Shown here one piece after another: positions 1-10,404 of a DNA stretch of 64,000 bases (the stretch's first letter is position 1; every line of letters starts with the position of its first letter). The notes under the pieces were generated by a model. It ran no database searches, was not told the origin of the DNA, and was given only the letters and a program-made list of their open reading frames with translations. The stretch comes from Flavobacteriaceae bacterium. GTDB lineage: Bacteria; Bacteroidota; Bacteroidia; Flavobacteriales; Flavobacteriaceae. Location: positions 526,321-590,320 of the forward strand of contig CP031964.1 of NCBI GenBank assembly GCA_003443635.1, in the 5' to 3' direction. The position numbers and the translations under genes are program-made.

Positions 1-1374
1 ATTCTTGAAAATATTTTAAAAGAAGAGGCAGGAGAAGATATATTAGTTTTAGAAAATTTTGAAGAAACTATTATAAGAGCTGAAAAGATCACTCAGGATG
101 ATATTTTAAAAGAATCGCAAACACTTGCTGCTAAAGAAGCTTCAGGCGCATTAGGTGCAATTAAAGTTGTGTCAAGAGCACTGAAACACATTAATTGGTT
201 AGAATTAATACTAGTGATAGGAACTATATTTATTATTTATGGTTTTAAGCGAATTACTAAAGCGATACCTAGTACTCTTGTAGCTTTATTAGTAATGTCT
301 GGTATTGCTTATGGGTTTGGATTGGATTATCGTCCAATTGAAGAAATTCCAGGAGGCATTCCTGTTCCAAAATGGGAAATCTTTACAAGTTTTAAACTTA
401 ATAGCGTTAGCCCATATATATTTACAGCACTAACATTAGCGTTATTAGGAGCCATTGATTCTTTGTTGACAAGCGTTGTAGCCGATAATATGACGAAAAC
501 TAAGCATAAACCTAATAAAGAATTAGTAGGACAAGGTATAGGAAATAGTATTGCAGCTGTATTTGGAGGGATCCCTGGAGCTGGGGCTACCATCCGTACC
601 GTAGTAAACATTAATTCAGGGGGGAAAACGAAACTTTCGGGAATGATTGCGGGGATTATGTTATTGATAATCTTTTTAGGATTAGGTCCAGTAGCATCAA
701 AAATTCCAGCTGCTGTTTTAGCCGGAATATTAATTACAGTGGGTATAGGTGTAATGGATTATAAAGGACTAAAAGCTATACCTAGCCTACCTAGAGATAT
801 AAAATTAGGACCATTAAAATTAAGTTCTGAAGTATTAATAATGCTAACAGTATTATTATTATCTACATTTTGGAACTTAGTTTATGCTGTTGGTATAGGT
901 TTAGTGATTGCATCTTTAATGTTTATGAAAAAAATTGGAGATTTAACTGCCGAACGTTCAGACGTTAAATCATTACTAAAAGAAAAAGCTTGGGCAGATG
1001 AAGCAAACTTTCCAGAGAGCTTAAAAGAGAAAGTTTTTATAAAACATATAAAAGGGCCATTATTTTTTGGATCAACAAGTAATTTTCAACAATTAGCGAA
1101 TCAAATTCCAGAAACAGCAGCAAAAATTATTATTCGTATGGATCGGATGCAATATATAGATCAATCTGGACTCTATGCTTTAGAAGATGTTATGGTAGAT
1201 TTGAAAAAAGCAGGAAAAAGTGTGTTGTTAGTAGATGTTCTTAAACAACCAAGGTATATGATGGAGCGTATTGATATTATTCCAGATTTAATTCCTAAAG
1301 AACATATTTTCGAAACTTTTGATGATTGTATAGAATGGGTAAAATCTAACCCAGGTGTTATGAAAGATAATTAA
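1..1374 (+). CDS. SulP family inorganic anion transporter, 5'-partial (core TM helices and a C-terminal STAS domain are present). The frame is open from base 1, so the true start lies upstream of the window; the ORF-track start at 169 is a GTG.
   Basis: The translation carries the SulP second-half signature (LLGAIDSLLTSVVADNMT...ELVGQGIGNSIAAVFGGIPGAGATIRTVVNINSGGKTKLSG). It also has a C-terminal STAS-like block (FFGSTSNFQQL...IRMDRMQYIDQSGLYALED). Frame 1 has no stop codon between nt 1 and 171. Confidence 0.7.
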   Translation: MLENILKEEAGEDILVLENFEETIIRAEKITQDDILKESQTLAAKEASGALGAIKVVSRALKHINWLELILVIGTIFIIYGFKRITKAIPSTLVALLVMSGIAYGFGLDYRPIEEIPGGIPVPKWEIFTSFKLNSVSPYIFTALTLALLGAIDSLLTSVVADNMTKTKHKPNKELVGQGIGNSIAAVFGGIPGAGATIRTVVNINSGGKTKLSGMIAGIMLLIIFLGLGPVASKIPAAVLAGILITVGIGVMDYKGLKAIPSLPRDIKLGPLKLSSEVLIMLTVLLLSTFWNLVYAVGIGLVIASLMFMKKIGDLTAERSDVKSLLKEKAWADEANFPESLKEKVFIKHIKGPLFFGSTSNFQQLANQIPETAAKIIIRMDRMQYIDQSGLYALEDVMVDLKKAGKSVLLVDVLKQPRYMMERIDIIPDLIPKEHIFETFDDCIEWVKSNPGVMKDN

Positions 1375-1401
1375 AGAAACTCATTTAATATAAGTTAACT
1401 T

Positions 1402-1923
1402 TTATGTTTCAGTTTTACTAGCAGTTTCTTTATCTTCTTTTCCTATATCTATAATAACAGGAAGTAAAGTAGGAGCTAGTGACTGAACGGGTTTATATAA
1501 CACAGAACTTTCCATATCTTCATTTTCAATAAAAGGAATAGTTTTATTCATTTTATTGAAAATGATAAGTATAATACTTAAAATTAATGCAATTTTGGCA
1601 GCTCCAAACACTCCTCCTAATAACTTATTTATAACCCCAAGTGCTGCAAAATCTGCTAACTTGGTTAAGGCTTTCCCTGCCATTGCAATTGCTATTACAA
1701 TAATTATAAACGTTACGGCAAACGCTATAATATTTATGTATTTCTCATCCCAATCTACACGATTTTCTAAAAGGGTAGCAGCAAAATTACTAAAATGAAT
1801 TGCACCATAAACACCTCCAATTAATGCGACTAGAGAGGCAACTTCAACAAAAAAACCTTTCATTAACCCTCTAACAAGTCCGAATAAGATTAATGCCCCT
1901 AAAATGATATCTAAAACATTCAT
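1402..1923 (-). CDS. cvpA: CvpA family membrane protein (colicin V production protein-like)
   Basis: The N-terminus MNVLDIILGALILFGLVRGLMKGF and four predicted TM helices are typical of CvpA. The size, 173 aa, fits. Confidence 0.6.
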   Translation of the reverse strand: MNVLDIILGALILFGLVRGLMKGFFVEVASLVALIGGVYGAIHFSNFAATLLENRVDWDEKYINIIAFAVTFIIIVIAIAMAGKALTKLADFAALGVINKLLGGVFGAAKIALILSIILIIFNKMNKTIPFIENEDMESSVLYKPVQSLAPTLLPVIIDIGKEDKETASKTET

Positions 1924-2025
1924 AATTCAAGATTTTAACAAATATATACAAATTAAACTCGCTTTTTTTGAGGCAAAATTACAAGAGATGGTTTGCTTTA
2001 TTAACTTTGTATTTTCAAAATTATT

Positions 2026-2382
2026 ATGGCAAGAGACGAACAATTAAAAGAAAGGTGGGAATTAATAGTGAATAAATTATCAAATCAGTTTGCAGATGGA
2101 GATACTTTAGATCTGGATGCAATTATATATTTAATAGGTGTTCAGGAGCTTGGTCAACTTAATCGTAAATTTAAAAAAGATGATAAAATTGGCCTAATGC
2201 ATATTGCTATTTGTAAACTTTTAGAACCTTATGGTTATTATGAATTTGATTATTTTGATGATGACAGTTGGCCACATTACAAAATTAAAGCAGAATTACC
2301 ACCTCTAAAAGCAGGAGAACAAAGTATTTTAATGAAAGAAGCTATTGTTAGTTATTTTCTTGAAACAAAATACATAAAATAA
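2026..2382 (+). CDS. hypothetical protein (118 aa, acidic, no recognisable domain)
   Basis: This is a clean ORF directly upstream of pheS on the same strand. I recognise no motif. Confidence 0.45.
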   Translation: MARDEQLKERWELIVNKLSNQFADGDTLDLDAIIYLIGVQELGQLNRKFKKDDKIGLMHIAICKLLEPYGYYEFDYFDDDSWPHYKIKAELPPLKAGEQSILMKEAIVSYFLETKYIK

Positions 2383-2571
2383 TACTTAATCTTATTTTTA
2401 TCTACTTTTTCCTGATTTAATATAAAACCTAGGAGAAACTTTTTATTAGGCTTTTACCCTACTCAAAAAAATAAAAGGATGCGACTATAATCCTTAACAC
2501 AATTCTGACAAAAATCACTAAATTTGCCCATTATTTAGATACTGAGATAAATCTAGTATAAGAAAGCTATT

Positions 2572-3591
2572 ATGATAGATAAGATTAAAGAACTCATACA
2601 AGAAGCAGAAACTTTTAATGCAAAAACTAAAGATGAGGTTGAGGCATTTCGCATTAAATATTTAGGAAAAAAAGGTTTATTAAACGATTTTTTTGCAGAG
2701 TTTAAAAATGTAGCAAATGACCAGAAAAAAGAGTTTGGTAAAGCAATAAATACTTTAAAAATGACTGCTCAAAATAAAGTAAATACTTTAAAAGAAGAAT
2801 TGGATGGTGAAGAAGAAGTTAAAGGTGTTTACGGCGATTTATCAAGACCAGGAGATCCTATTATAATAGGGGCACGCCACCCCATTTCTCTTGTGAAAAA
2901 TCAAATTATAGATATTTTTTCTCGTATTGGTTTTAATGTAAGTGAAGGCCCCGAGATTGAAGATGACTGGCATAATTTCACAGCATTAAACTTACCAGAA
3001 TATCACCCTGCTCGTGATATGCAGGATACTTTTTTTATTCAAACAGACCCAGATATTTTATTGCGTACACATACTAGTTCTGTACAAGTACGTTATATGG
3101 AAAATAACAAACCACCTATACGTACCATATCACCTGGGCGCGTGTATCGTAATGAAGCAATTTCGGCACGATCACATTGTTTTTTCCATCAGGTAGAAGG
3201 TTTATATATTGACAAAGGTGTGAGTTTTGCAGATTTAAAACAAACTCTGCAATACTTTACTACAGAGATGTTTGGAAAATCTAAAATTAGATTACGTCCA
3301 TCATATTTTCCGTTTACAGAGCCAAGTGCTGAGGTTGATGTGTATTGGGGATTAGAAACTGAAACAGATTATAAAATGACCAAAGGCACTGGTTGGTTAG
3401 AAATAATGGGTTGTGGTATGGTAGATCCTAATGTGTTAGAAAATTGTGGTATTGACTCTAAAGAATACTCAGGCTTTGCGTTTGGTATGGGGATAGATCG
3501 TATTGCATTATTATTACACCAAACCAGTGATATTCGTTTATTAAGTGAAAATGATGTGCGCTTTTTAGAGCAATTTAAATCTGTGTTATAA
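2572..3591 (+). CDS. pheS: phenylalanine--tRNA ligase alpha subunit
   Basis: It shows the class II aaRS motifs of PheS ([40 protein letters not shown]). It is 339 aa. Confidence 0.95.
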   Translation: MIDKIKELIQEAETFNAKTKDEVEAFRIKYLGKKGLLNDFFAEFKNVANDQKKEFGKAINTLKMTAQNKVNTLKEELDGEEEVKGVYGDLSRPGDPIIIGARHPISLVKNQIIDIFSRIGFNVSEGPEIEDDWHNFTALNLPEYHPARDMQDTFFIQTDPDILLRTHTSSVQVRYMENNKPPIRTISPGRVYRNEAISARSHCFFHQVEGLYIDKGVSFADLKQTLQYFTTEMFGKSKIRLRPSYFPFTEPSAEVDVYWGLETETDYKMTKGTGWLEIMGCGMVDPNVLENCGIDSKEYSGFAFGMGIDRIALLLHQTSDIRLLSENDVRFLEQFKSVL

Positions 3592-3610
3592 CTTTTACTA
3601 TTTATATCAA

Positions 3611-3647
3611 AAAAGCCTTTATTATACTAGTAATAAAGGCTTTTTTA
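3611..3647. terminator. bidirectional intrinsic terminator hairpin between convergent pheS and the M28 peptidase gene
   Basis: The sequence aaaagcctttattatactagtaataaaggctttttt has an 11-bp perfect stem flanked by A and T runs on both strands. Confidence 0.55.
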
Positions 3648-3662
3648 ATTAAGATAAAATAA

Positions 3663-5195
3663 TTATTTTTTCAATTCTTCTCGAGGTAATTTTTCATCGC
3701 GTTGTGCTGTATTATATACAAAGGATGCAATAATAGTAGCCATTTGCTTTAAATCGTCAATCACTAAACGTTCATAAGTGTCCATATTAGTATGATGTGT
3801 TTTAGACCAGTACTCGATAGGATCTTGTATAAACTGAAAACCTGGAATACCAATAGCATCAAACCCTAAGTGATCTGTACCACCTGTATTTCTTGTTGTT
3901 ATGGTTGTATTATCTATAATATCATCAAATGATTCAAACCATTTAAAGAAAATAGGTTTTACAGCTTCATTTCCTTGAGTGTAGACACCTCTTATACGAC
4001 CAGTTCCATTATCAATATTATAATATGCAGAAATTTTACTATGTTCTGGCTTTAATTCTAAAGTTTGAGCATCTCCAAAATGATTTTTCACATAATTACG
4101 AGATCCGTGAATACCTTGTTCTTCACCACCCCAAAGCGCAATACGAACAGTTCGTTTTGGTTTTAATCCTGTAGCCTGTAAGATGCGTACAGCTTCCATC
4201 ATTACAATACAACCAGCTGCATTATCAGTAGCACCAGTACCACCATGCCAAGAATCTAAATGTCCACCTAACATTACAACTTCCTCTTTTAGATTAGGAT
4301 CACTACCTTCAATTTCGGCAATTACATTATAACCTTTATAATCGTCTGTTTTAAAAGAAGCTTTAATTTCGGCCTCTAATTCTACTTCAACACCATTTTC
4401 CGCTAAACGCGCCATTAAATTAATATGTTCTGGAGCCATTTCAAATTCACTTATACCTTTTGGAGCATCTTTAGCATAATCTCTAGGACTACTTGTAAAT
4501 AATGTACCGTGTCGTCCGTTAACTCCATTAATAACTAAAGCAACACCTTCTTCTTTTAAGAAAGGTGTTATTTTTCGACGAAGAGCAAATCGAGCCCTAA
4601 ATTCAGCAATTTGTTCTGGTGTAAATCGACTTCCACTATTATTGTTTGGAGGTCCTACTAAATCATTTAATTCTTCTTCAGTATAGCGTAGTGCATCAGC
4701 TTCAAAAGTTGGTCCTTGATTGTTAGTAGATTTAATAGCGACAATAGCACCGCTTAACTTACCTTTGTATTTTTCAAAATCTTCTTCATTTTTAATATCT
4801 AAGAATACAATTTTCCCAGAAACCTCGCCATTAGTACTTTCAGTCCAAGCTTTTGGTACAGCTATAAATGGCATATAGTAAGGTTTAGTCATTGCAACAT
4901 AACTTTTCTGCAATTCCCAACCACGACCAAACTCACCCCAAGGCTCAGTTTTAGAATTTGTTAACCCCCAATCAGATAATTGCTTTACAGCATAATTAGC
5001 AGCACGTTCATAGCCTATAGAATTCGTTAAGCGCGGGCCTGATTTATCTATAAGATTAAATGCAATTTCTTCAACTTTCGAATTATTGAGACCTTCATTT
5101 TTAATTTTTTCAATAGCATTTGCATCAAATTCTTCTTGAGACAAACTAATAGTAGCAATTAACAGAGTTGGAATTAATAAAAAAAGACGTTTCAT
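3663..5195 (-). CDS. M28 family zinc peptidase with PA domain, secreted
   Basis: A signal peptide is present (MKRLFLLIPTLLIATISLS). The zinc-binding region GGHLDSWHGGTGATDNAAG and the conserved EEQG block match the M28 aminopeptidase/carboxypeptidase fold. Confidence 0.8.
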   Translation of the reverse strand: MKRLFLLIPTLLIATISLSQEEFDANAIEKIKNEGLNNSKVEEIAFNLIDKSGPRLTNSIGYERAANYAVKQLSDWGLTNSKTEPWGEFGRGWELQKSYVAMTKPYYMPFIAVPKAWTESTNGEVSGKIVFLDIKNEEDFEKYKGKLSGAIVAIKSTNNQGPTFEADALRYTEEELNDLVGPPNNNSGSRFTPEQIAEFRARFALRRKITPFLKEEGVALVINGVNGRHGTLFTSSPRDYAKDAPKGISEFEMAPEHINLMARLAENGVEVELEAEIKASFKTDDYKGYNVIAEIEGSDPNLKEEVVMLGGHLDSWHGGTGATDNAAGCIVMMEAVRILQATGLKPKRTVRIALWGGEEQGIHGSRNYVKNHFGDAQTLELKPEHSKISAYYNIDNGTGRIRGVYTQGNEAVKPIFFKWFESFDDIIDNTTITTRNTGGTDHLGFDAIGIPGFQFIQDPIEYWSKTHHTNMDTYERLVIDDLKQMATIIASFVYNTAQRDEKLPREELKK

Positions 5196-5331
5196 TAGTA
5201 TGTGTTTTAGTTTTGAATAGCACCCAAGTTAATAGATTTCATTAAGAGAATCAAATGTTTAACAATAGCTTATAAATTGTTAGTTTTGCGCTTTAATTAA
5301 CTTAAAGATTTTCAATATATCAGAAAATATT

Positions 5332-5727
5332 ATGAAGAAAGATATTAATATACCAAAAGTAGAAGATGTTTACTTTGCTGTAGTTAACGAGTTTAACGAA
5401 ATATATAAAACACAAGATTGGAATGCTTACATTATTAATAATAAAGAAGTTGATTTGGAAATGGTGCTTATTGTCTCTGGAGGCTATAATGAAGATAAAA
5501 TAACTACTACAATGCGTCGAAAATTAGAAAAACTTCCAAAAAAAAGTTATGCCAAAGTAGAATTGATGCAAGAAGATGTATTTAAATTAAATAATACTTT
5601 TAAAGTAACATTTTTTGAAAACAATACTATGTTTGAGAAGACATATTTATTTAAAAAAAATACAATTAATTTAAATGCGTTACAACCAATTCCTTTAATG
5701 GAGGCTAGAGGAGTCTTGGTGAAGTAA
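5332..5727 (+). CDS. hypothetical protein (131 aa)
   Basis: An ORF with an ATG start and lysine-rich composition. No motif recognised. Confidence 0.4.
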   Translation: MKKDINIPKVEDVYFAVVNEFNEIYKTQDWNAYIINNKEVDLEMVLIVSGGYNEDKITTTMRRKLEKLPKKSYAKVELMQEDVFKLNNTFKVTFFENNTMFEKTYLFKKNTINLNALQPIPLMEARGVLVK

Positions 5728-5732
5728 ATATG

Positions 5733-6734
5733 TTAATCTAACTTATCAGTCAGTTTTTTAAATACTTTCTTGGGGTTTTTGCCTTCATAAAGTATATCAT
5801 AAACAGCATTTATTATAGGTAGGCGCGTTTTTTTAATGTTTTTTTTATTTAATAAAAAAGCACTTTTTGTTGCATAATAGCCTTCGGCAACCATATTCAT
5901 TTCAAACATTGCCGATTTTACAGTATATCCTTTACCAAGCATATTACCAAACATACGATTGCGGGAGAATACAGAATAACCAGTTACTAATAAATCACCT
6001 AAATAAGCAGAATTATTAATGTTTCGTTTCATTTTGTGCATTTTTTTAATAAAACGTTTCATTTCACGTATGGCATTACTCATTAAAACACTCTGAAAAT
6101 TATCTCCATACCCTAATCCGTGAGCAATACCTGCAGCAATAGCATAAATATTTTTTAACATTACAGCATACTCAGTTCCGATAATGTCATCGCTAATTTT
6201 AGTTTTTATATAATTGCTAGAAAATTGATTAGCAATTTCTTTTGCTTTAGATGCATCTGAACAGGAAATAGTTAGGTATGATAAACGTTCTAAAGCAACT
6301 TCTTCTGCATGGCAAGGCCCTGCGATGACTCCGATATTATTAAAAGGAATTTTATAATACTCATTAAAATGCTCTCCTACTAATAAACCACTTTCGGGAA
6401 TAATCCCTTTTACAGCAGAAACAATAATTTTATTACTAATATCAATCTGTAATTTTTCTAATTCGGAATGTATAAAAGCTGAAGGGATTACAAAAATTAA
6501 AACATCCGCATAATCTGCAATCTCATTGATGTCATTACTTAATTTTAATTGCTCCAAATGAAACTCTACAGAACTTAGATAACTAGGATTATGCTGCTCT
6601 TTTAAAAGATGCTCTTTGGTTTGAACACTTCTCATATACCACCCTACTTCATTCAAATTTTCACAAAGCATTTTTACAATAGCGGTAGCCCAACTTCCAC
6701 TTCCAAAAACAGCGTATTTTAACTCTGAAGCCAT
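5733..6734 (-). CDS. gpsA: NAD(P)H-dependent glycerol-3-phosphate dehydrogenase
   Basis: The N-terminal Rossmann motif AVFGSGSWATA and the NPSYL and AAGIAHGLGYGDN blocks are typical of GpsA. Confidence 0.9.
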   Translation of the reverse strand: MASELKYAVFGSGSWATAIVKMLCENLNEVGWYMRSVQTKEHLLKEQHNPSYLSSVEFHLEQLKLSNDINEIADYADVLIFVIPSAFIHSELEKLQIDISNKIIVSAVKGIIPESGLLVGEHFNEYYKIPFNNIGVIAGPCHAEEVALERLSYLTISCSDASKAKEIANQFSSNYIKTKISDDIIGTEYAVMLKNIYAIAAGIAHGLGYGDNFQSVLMSNAIREMKRFIKKMHKMKRNINNSAYLGDLLVTGYSVFSRNRMFGNMLGKGYTVKSAMFEMNMVAEGYYATKSAFLLNKKNIKKTRLPIINAVYDILYEGKNPKKVFKKLTDKLD

Positions 6735-7022
6735 AAAGAATCTATGATTTTATGATTTCAAAAGTACATAAAATATCATATTTAGAGTATACTCTGATTA
6801 TAAGTACATTATATTTTATTTCTAGGAAAAATTTTAAACATGTAATCTAAAAACTTTAACTTTAGATTATGACTTCTACTACAATGTACATTTAATGTGA
6901 AGCGTTTATGTATAGAATGAAAAATGTTAGAGATAACAAAAGAAACTAAAATTTTGGTTGGTTATTTTAGTTTATAAACTGCTTATAGAATTTTCTTTAA
7001 GCAGTTTTCTTTTTTGAAAAAA

Positions 7023-7604
7023 TTACGATTTATAAAAATTCATTTCATCCAAATATTGCCATGTGTTTTCAGGGATTAATGGCTTAATGTTTTTACCTTC
7101 TTTTATAGCTTTACGAATAAATGTAGAAGAAATTTCCATGATTGGAGCATCTGTAAAATGGATGTTTTGATGTGTTTTTAATGTTGATTCTTCTGTATTT
7201 TTTGAAATTCTAGGATATACATAAATATGATGATTCTCTAAAATGATTTCATAATTTTTCCATTTATGGAAGCTATTTAAATTATCTTCTCCCATAATTA
7301 AACTAAATTCATTTTTAGGATATTTTTCTTGTATATAAGCTAGTGTATTTATAGTATAGTTAGGGCGAGGGAGCTTAAATTCAATATTGTTGGGTTTTAG
7401 TTTTGTATACTCTTTAGTAGCTAAGTGTACCATTTCTAAGCGCTGAAAATCGTCGAGTAATGTTTGCTTCTTTTTAAAAGGACTACGAGGAGTTACTACA
7501 AACCATACTTGATCCAGATCGCTAAACTCTACAATGTGATTGGCAATTGCTAAATGTCCAACGTGAATAGGGTTAAATGTGCCAAAATAAAGACCTACTT
7601 TCAT
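7023..7604 (-). CDS. nadD: nicotinate-nucleotide adenylyltransferase
   Basis: The motif GLYFGTFNPIHVGHLAIA (the (H/T)xGH nucleotidyltransferase motif) is present. It is 193 aa. Confidence 0.9.
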   Translation of the reverse strand: MKVGLYFGTFNPIHVGHLAIANHIVEFSDLDQVWFVVTPRSPFKKKQTLLDDFQRLEMVHLATKEYTKLKPNNIEFKLPRPNYTINTLAYIQEKYPKNEFSLIMGEDNLNSFHKWKNYEIILENHHIYVYPRISKNTEESTLKTHQNIHFTDAPIMEISSTFIRKAIKEGKNIKPLIPENTWQYLDEMNFYKS

Positions 7605-7608
7605 TTAT

Positions 7609-8181
7609 TTATTGTTTCACAAAATTACCAACAATAGTTTTGGCTTCATGCAATGCATTTTCTAAATTATCATTCTCAATAATGACATCAAAAAGAGGAG
7701 CTGTAGCTAATTCTGCAGATGCTTTAGCAACTCGCATATTAATTTTATCTTCACTCTCAGTTTGTCGTTTTTTTAAACGAATTTTAAGCTCATCTATACT
7801 TGGAGGTTTTACAAAAATAGAAATAGTTTGCTTAGGAAATTTACGTTTTATACGTAAACCACCAGATACATCTATATCAAAAATAACATGTTTGCCTTTT
7901 GCCCAAATACGTTCGACCTCAGTTTTTAAAGTACCATAAAAATTATCACGATATACTTCTTCCCATTCTAAAAATTCATCATTTTTAATCTTATGCTTAA
8001 AATCTGATAAGGATAAAAAATAATAATCTTTATTATGTTCTTCTTTACCTCTTTTTTTACGAGATGTAGCAGATATAGAAAATTCTAAATTTAAATCGTC
8101 TTGTTTTAATAAATGCCGAACAATTGTAGTCTTTCCAGAACCAGAAGGTGCAGAAAATACTATAAGTTTACCGTTATTCAT
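7609..8181 (-). CDS. gmk: guanylate kinase
   Basis: It has the P-loop GKLIVFSAPSGSGKTT and is 190 aa. It sits 4 bp from nadD. Confidence 0.92.
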   Translation of the reverse strand: MNNGKLIVFSAPSGSGKTTIVRHLLKQDDLNLEFSISATSRKKRGKEEHNKDYYFLSLSDFKHKIKNDEFLEWEEVYRDNFYGTLKTEVERIWAKGKHVIFDIDVSGGLRIKRKFPKQTISIFVKPPSIDELKIRLKKRQTESEDKINMRVAKASAELATAPLFDVIIENDNLENALHEAKTIVGNFVKQ

Positions 8182-9039
8182 TTAGAGCACATTTAAAAGT
8201 TGTTCTTTAATTTTTTCGAGTTCATCTTTCATTTGTACAACTAATTTTTGCATTGGTGCATAATTAGATTTAGATCCAATAGTATTAATTTCTCTACCAA
8301 TTTCCTGGCCTATAAATCCTAATTTTTTACCATTTGAATCTTTAGAATTAAGCGTTTTTATAAAATATTCTAAATGATTTTTTAATCTTACTTTTTCTTC
8401 AGTGATGTCAAATTTTTCGATGTAATAAACCAGTTCTTGTTCAAAGCGATTCTCATCTACTTTTTCTTTTATTTCTGAGATTCCTTTCTGTAAACGTTCG
8501 CGAACTCCATCAATACGATCAGGATCCATTATAATTACTTCTTCTAGAAGAGAACCAATTGTTTTTACACGTTCTATAAAATCAATTTCTAATACTTTGC
8601 CTTCTTCTGTTCTATATTCATTTATTTTAATTAAAGTGTTATGTATTTCAGATTCAATGGATTTCCATTCGTCTTCATCAATTTCATCACGCTCGGTATT
8701 TAATGCATCTGGCATTTTTACAGCCATATGTAAAAGTTCCATAGCATCACCATTAACAATACTTTTTAGTTGCTCCATATAGGCTTTAATAACTGGTTGG
8801 TTAACTTGAGTAGAAGTTTCTTCGCCAGTAGTTTCAAGGTATAAAGAGAAATCTACTTTTCCGCGTTCTAATTGAGAGGCAATTAGTTTTCGTATAAATA
8901 ATTCTTTTTCTCTATAAACAGAAGGCATTCGAGCATTCAAATCAAGGTTTTTACTATTAAGTGATTTTATTTCGATCGAAATTTTTTTAGAAGGAAGCTG
9001 TAATATAGACTTCCCATAACCCGTCATTGATTGTATCAT
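8182..9039 (-). CDS. YicC/YloC family stress-induced protein
   Basis: The N-terminus MIQSMTGYGKS is characteristic of the YicC family. Its start abuts the gmk stop. Confidence 0.85.
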   Translation of the reverse strand: MIQSMTGYGKSILQLPSKKISIEIKSLNSKNLDLNARMPSVYREKELFIRKLIASQLERGKVDFSLYLETTGEETSTQVNQPVIKAYMEQLKSIVNGDAMELLHMAVKMPDALNTERDEIDEDEWKSIESEIHNTLIKINEYRTEEGKVLEIDFIERVKTIGSLLEEVIIMDPDRIDGVRERLQKGISEIKEKVDENRFEQELVYYIEKFDITEEKVRLKNHLEYFIKTLNSKDSNGKKLGFIGQEIGREINTIGSKSNYAPMQKLVVQMKDELEKIKEQLLNVL

Positions 9040-9086
9040 TCTTAAAAATTAAAGTTGCACAAAGATAATAAAAGCCACTAAAGTAC

Positions 9087-10013
9087 TTATGCACTTACCT
9101 TGGCTTTTGGTTTTTTAGTTACTAAATATACACCTGTAAAAATTAAAACAGCAGAACCTATTTTAATAAAGTTAAGTGTGTCACTTCCAGAAGTAATGGC
9201 AAAAACAATCCCAATAAGAGGCTGCATATATATAAAAACAGCAAGTGTAGATGCTTTTAATTCACGTAAAGCAAAAATATTAAGTAAATAAGTTAAAAAA
9301 GTTGTACCGATTACCACAAAAGATAATTTCCAAATTGCTTCAAAAGGCAATGATCTCCATTGTACTTCTAAAAACTCATTTGCAGTCACTGGCAAATTGA
9401 TGAAAATTGCAATAAAAAATAACCATTTCATTAAAGTAAATGGATGGTATTTTGCAGTTAGTGGCTTTACAATAATTAAATAAACCCCATATATTATAGC
9501 GTTAATAATAAACATGGTATTTCCTAATAAAATATTAGGTGCATCATTTCTTATTTCTGTATTATATAATATTAAAGATAACGCTCCTGAAAGCCCTAAA
9601 GCTATCCCTAAATATTTTATAAGTGTAATTCTCTCTTTAATAGCAATTGCAGACATTAAAAACACTAAAATCGGAGATAACGTAATAATGATAGAGCTGT
9701 TTATAGGAGTAGATAAACTTAATCCTTTAAAAAACATTAACATATTAATACTCATACCTGTTATAACACAAAAAAAGATACGTTTCCAATCCTTTTTATC
9801 AATACGCTCCTTTGGCCCCCAAATACTAATAATCCAAAATAAAATAGAAGCTCCTAAAACTCTTAAAAGAATAAGTCCATAAGGTTTTATGTAAATAGGC
9901 ATTAAACCTTTAGCAACAGTGTGATTTATACCATAAATAGCGGTTGCTCCAAATGCAGCAAGCATGGCAAGCAATCTTTTATCCATTAATAAAAGCTTTG
10001 GCAGCTTGAACAA
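9087..10013 (-). CDS. DMT superfamily (EamA-like) transporter
   Basis: It has ten predicted TM helices and a duplicated EamA-type organisation. The exact start is uncertain because it overlaps the next gene by 35 nt. Confidence 0.7.
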   Translation of the reverse strand: MFKLPKLLLMDKRLLAMLAAFGATAIYGINHTVAKGLMPIYIKPYGLILLRVLGASILFWIISIWGPKERIDKKDWKRIFFCVITGMSINMLMFFKGLSLSTPINSSIIITLSPILVFLMSAIAIKERITLIKYLGIALGLSGALSLILYNTEIRNDAPNILLGNTMFIINAIIYGVYLIIVKPLTAKYHPFTLMKWLFFIAIFINLPVTANEFLEVQWRSLPFEAIWKLSFVVIGTTFLTYLLNIFALRELKASTLAVFIYMQPLIGIVFAITSGSDTLNFIKIGSAVLIFTGVYLVTKKPKAKVSA

Positions 10014-10332
10014 CCTTAGCCGAGTTTCCTATAAAAATAGTATTCTCAGAAATAATTACTGGACGTTTTAAAAAAGTATAATGTTCTAAAATATAATGTT
10101 TAAAATCTTTCTCTTGAAAATTCTGATCTTTTAACCCCATTTCTTTATAAAGCTTAGCACGTTTACTAAATAAAACTTCATAACTACCTGAGAGTAAATG
10201 CATTTCTTCTAACTGCTTTACAGTAATACTTTCTTCTTTAATATCCTGTAAGATAAAATCAGAGCTTGGAGCGATTTCTTTTAAAATACGCATGCATGTA
10301 TTACAGGTTTTGAGATAATATATTTTTTTCAT
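9979..10332 (-). CDS. ArsC/Spx/YffB family thioredoxin-fold protein
   Basis: The sequence MKKIYYLKTCNTCMRILKEI carries the CxxC-like ArsC-family N-terminus. It is 117 aa. Confidence 0.7.
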   Translation of the reverse strand: MKKIYYLKTCNTCMRILKEIAPSSDFILQDIKEESITVKQLEEMHLLSGSYEVLFSKRAKLYKEMGLKDQNFQEKDFKHYILEHYTFLKRPVIISENTIFIGNSAKVVQAAKAFING

Positions 10333-10404
10333 AATGAATCAAAAGTTTGCAGTGCAAAGAAAATGAATTCAACAGAAAATAAGTACTTTTAACAAAAAAA
10401 TAGG

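Noticed and set aside
327-611. 94-aa minus-strand ORF inside the SulP gene. The same situation applies to 1556..1798, 3014..3196, 7577..7939, 8597..8782, 9100..9291, 9514..9882, 11149..11340, 11713..11961, 22188..22376, 24513..24704, 26286..26522, 27094..27384, 30315..30518, 31855..32049, 33973..34215, 36187..36420, 44397..44600, 45235..45429, 46063..46302, 60112..60348 and 60629..60862.
   Set aside because: Each is nested antisense or out of frame within a longer, well-supported CDS. Their low-complexity or hydrophobic translations are typical of shadow ORFs in AT-rich DNA.
6735-7022. 288-bp intergenic region checked for a small RNA gene (SRP RNA, RNase P, tmRNA) and a stem-loop at about 6978..7010
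   Set aside because: The region is extremely AT-rich, with none of the conserved RNA motifs. The stem-loop (aaactgctta…taagcagttt) has its T-run on the strand opposite to both flanking genes, so it is not a convincing terminator.
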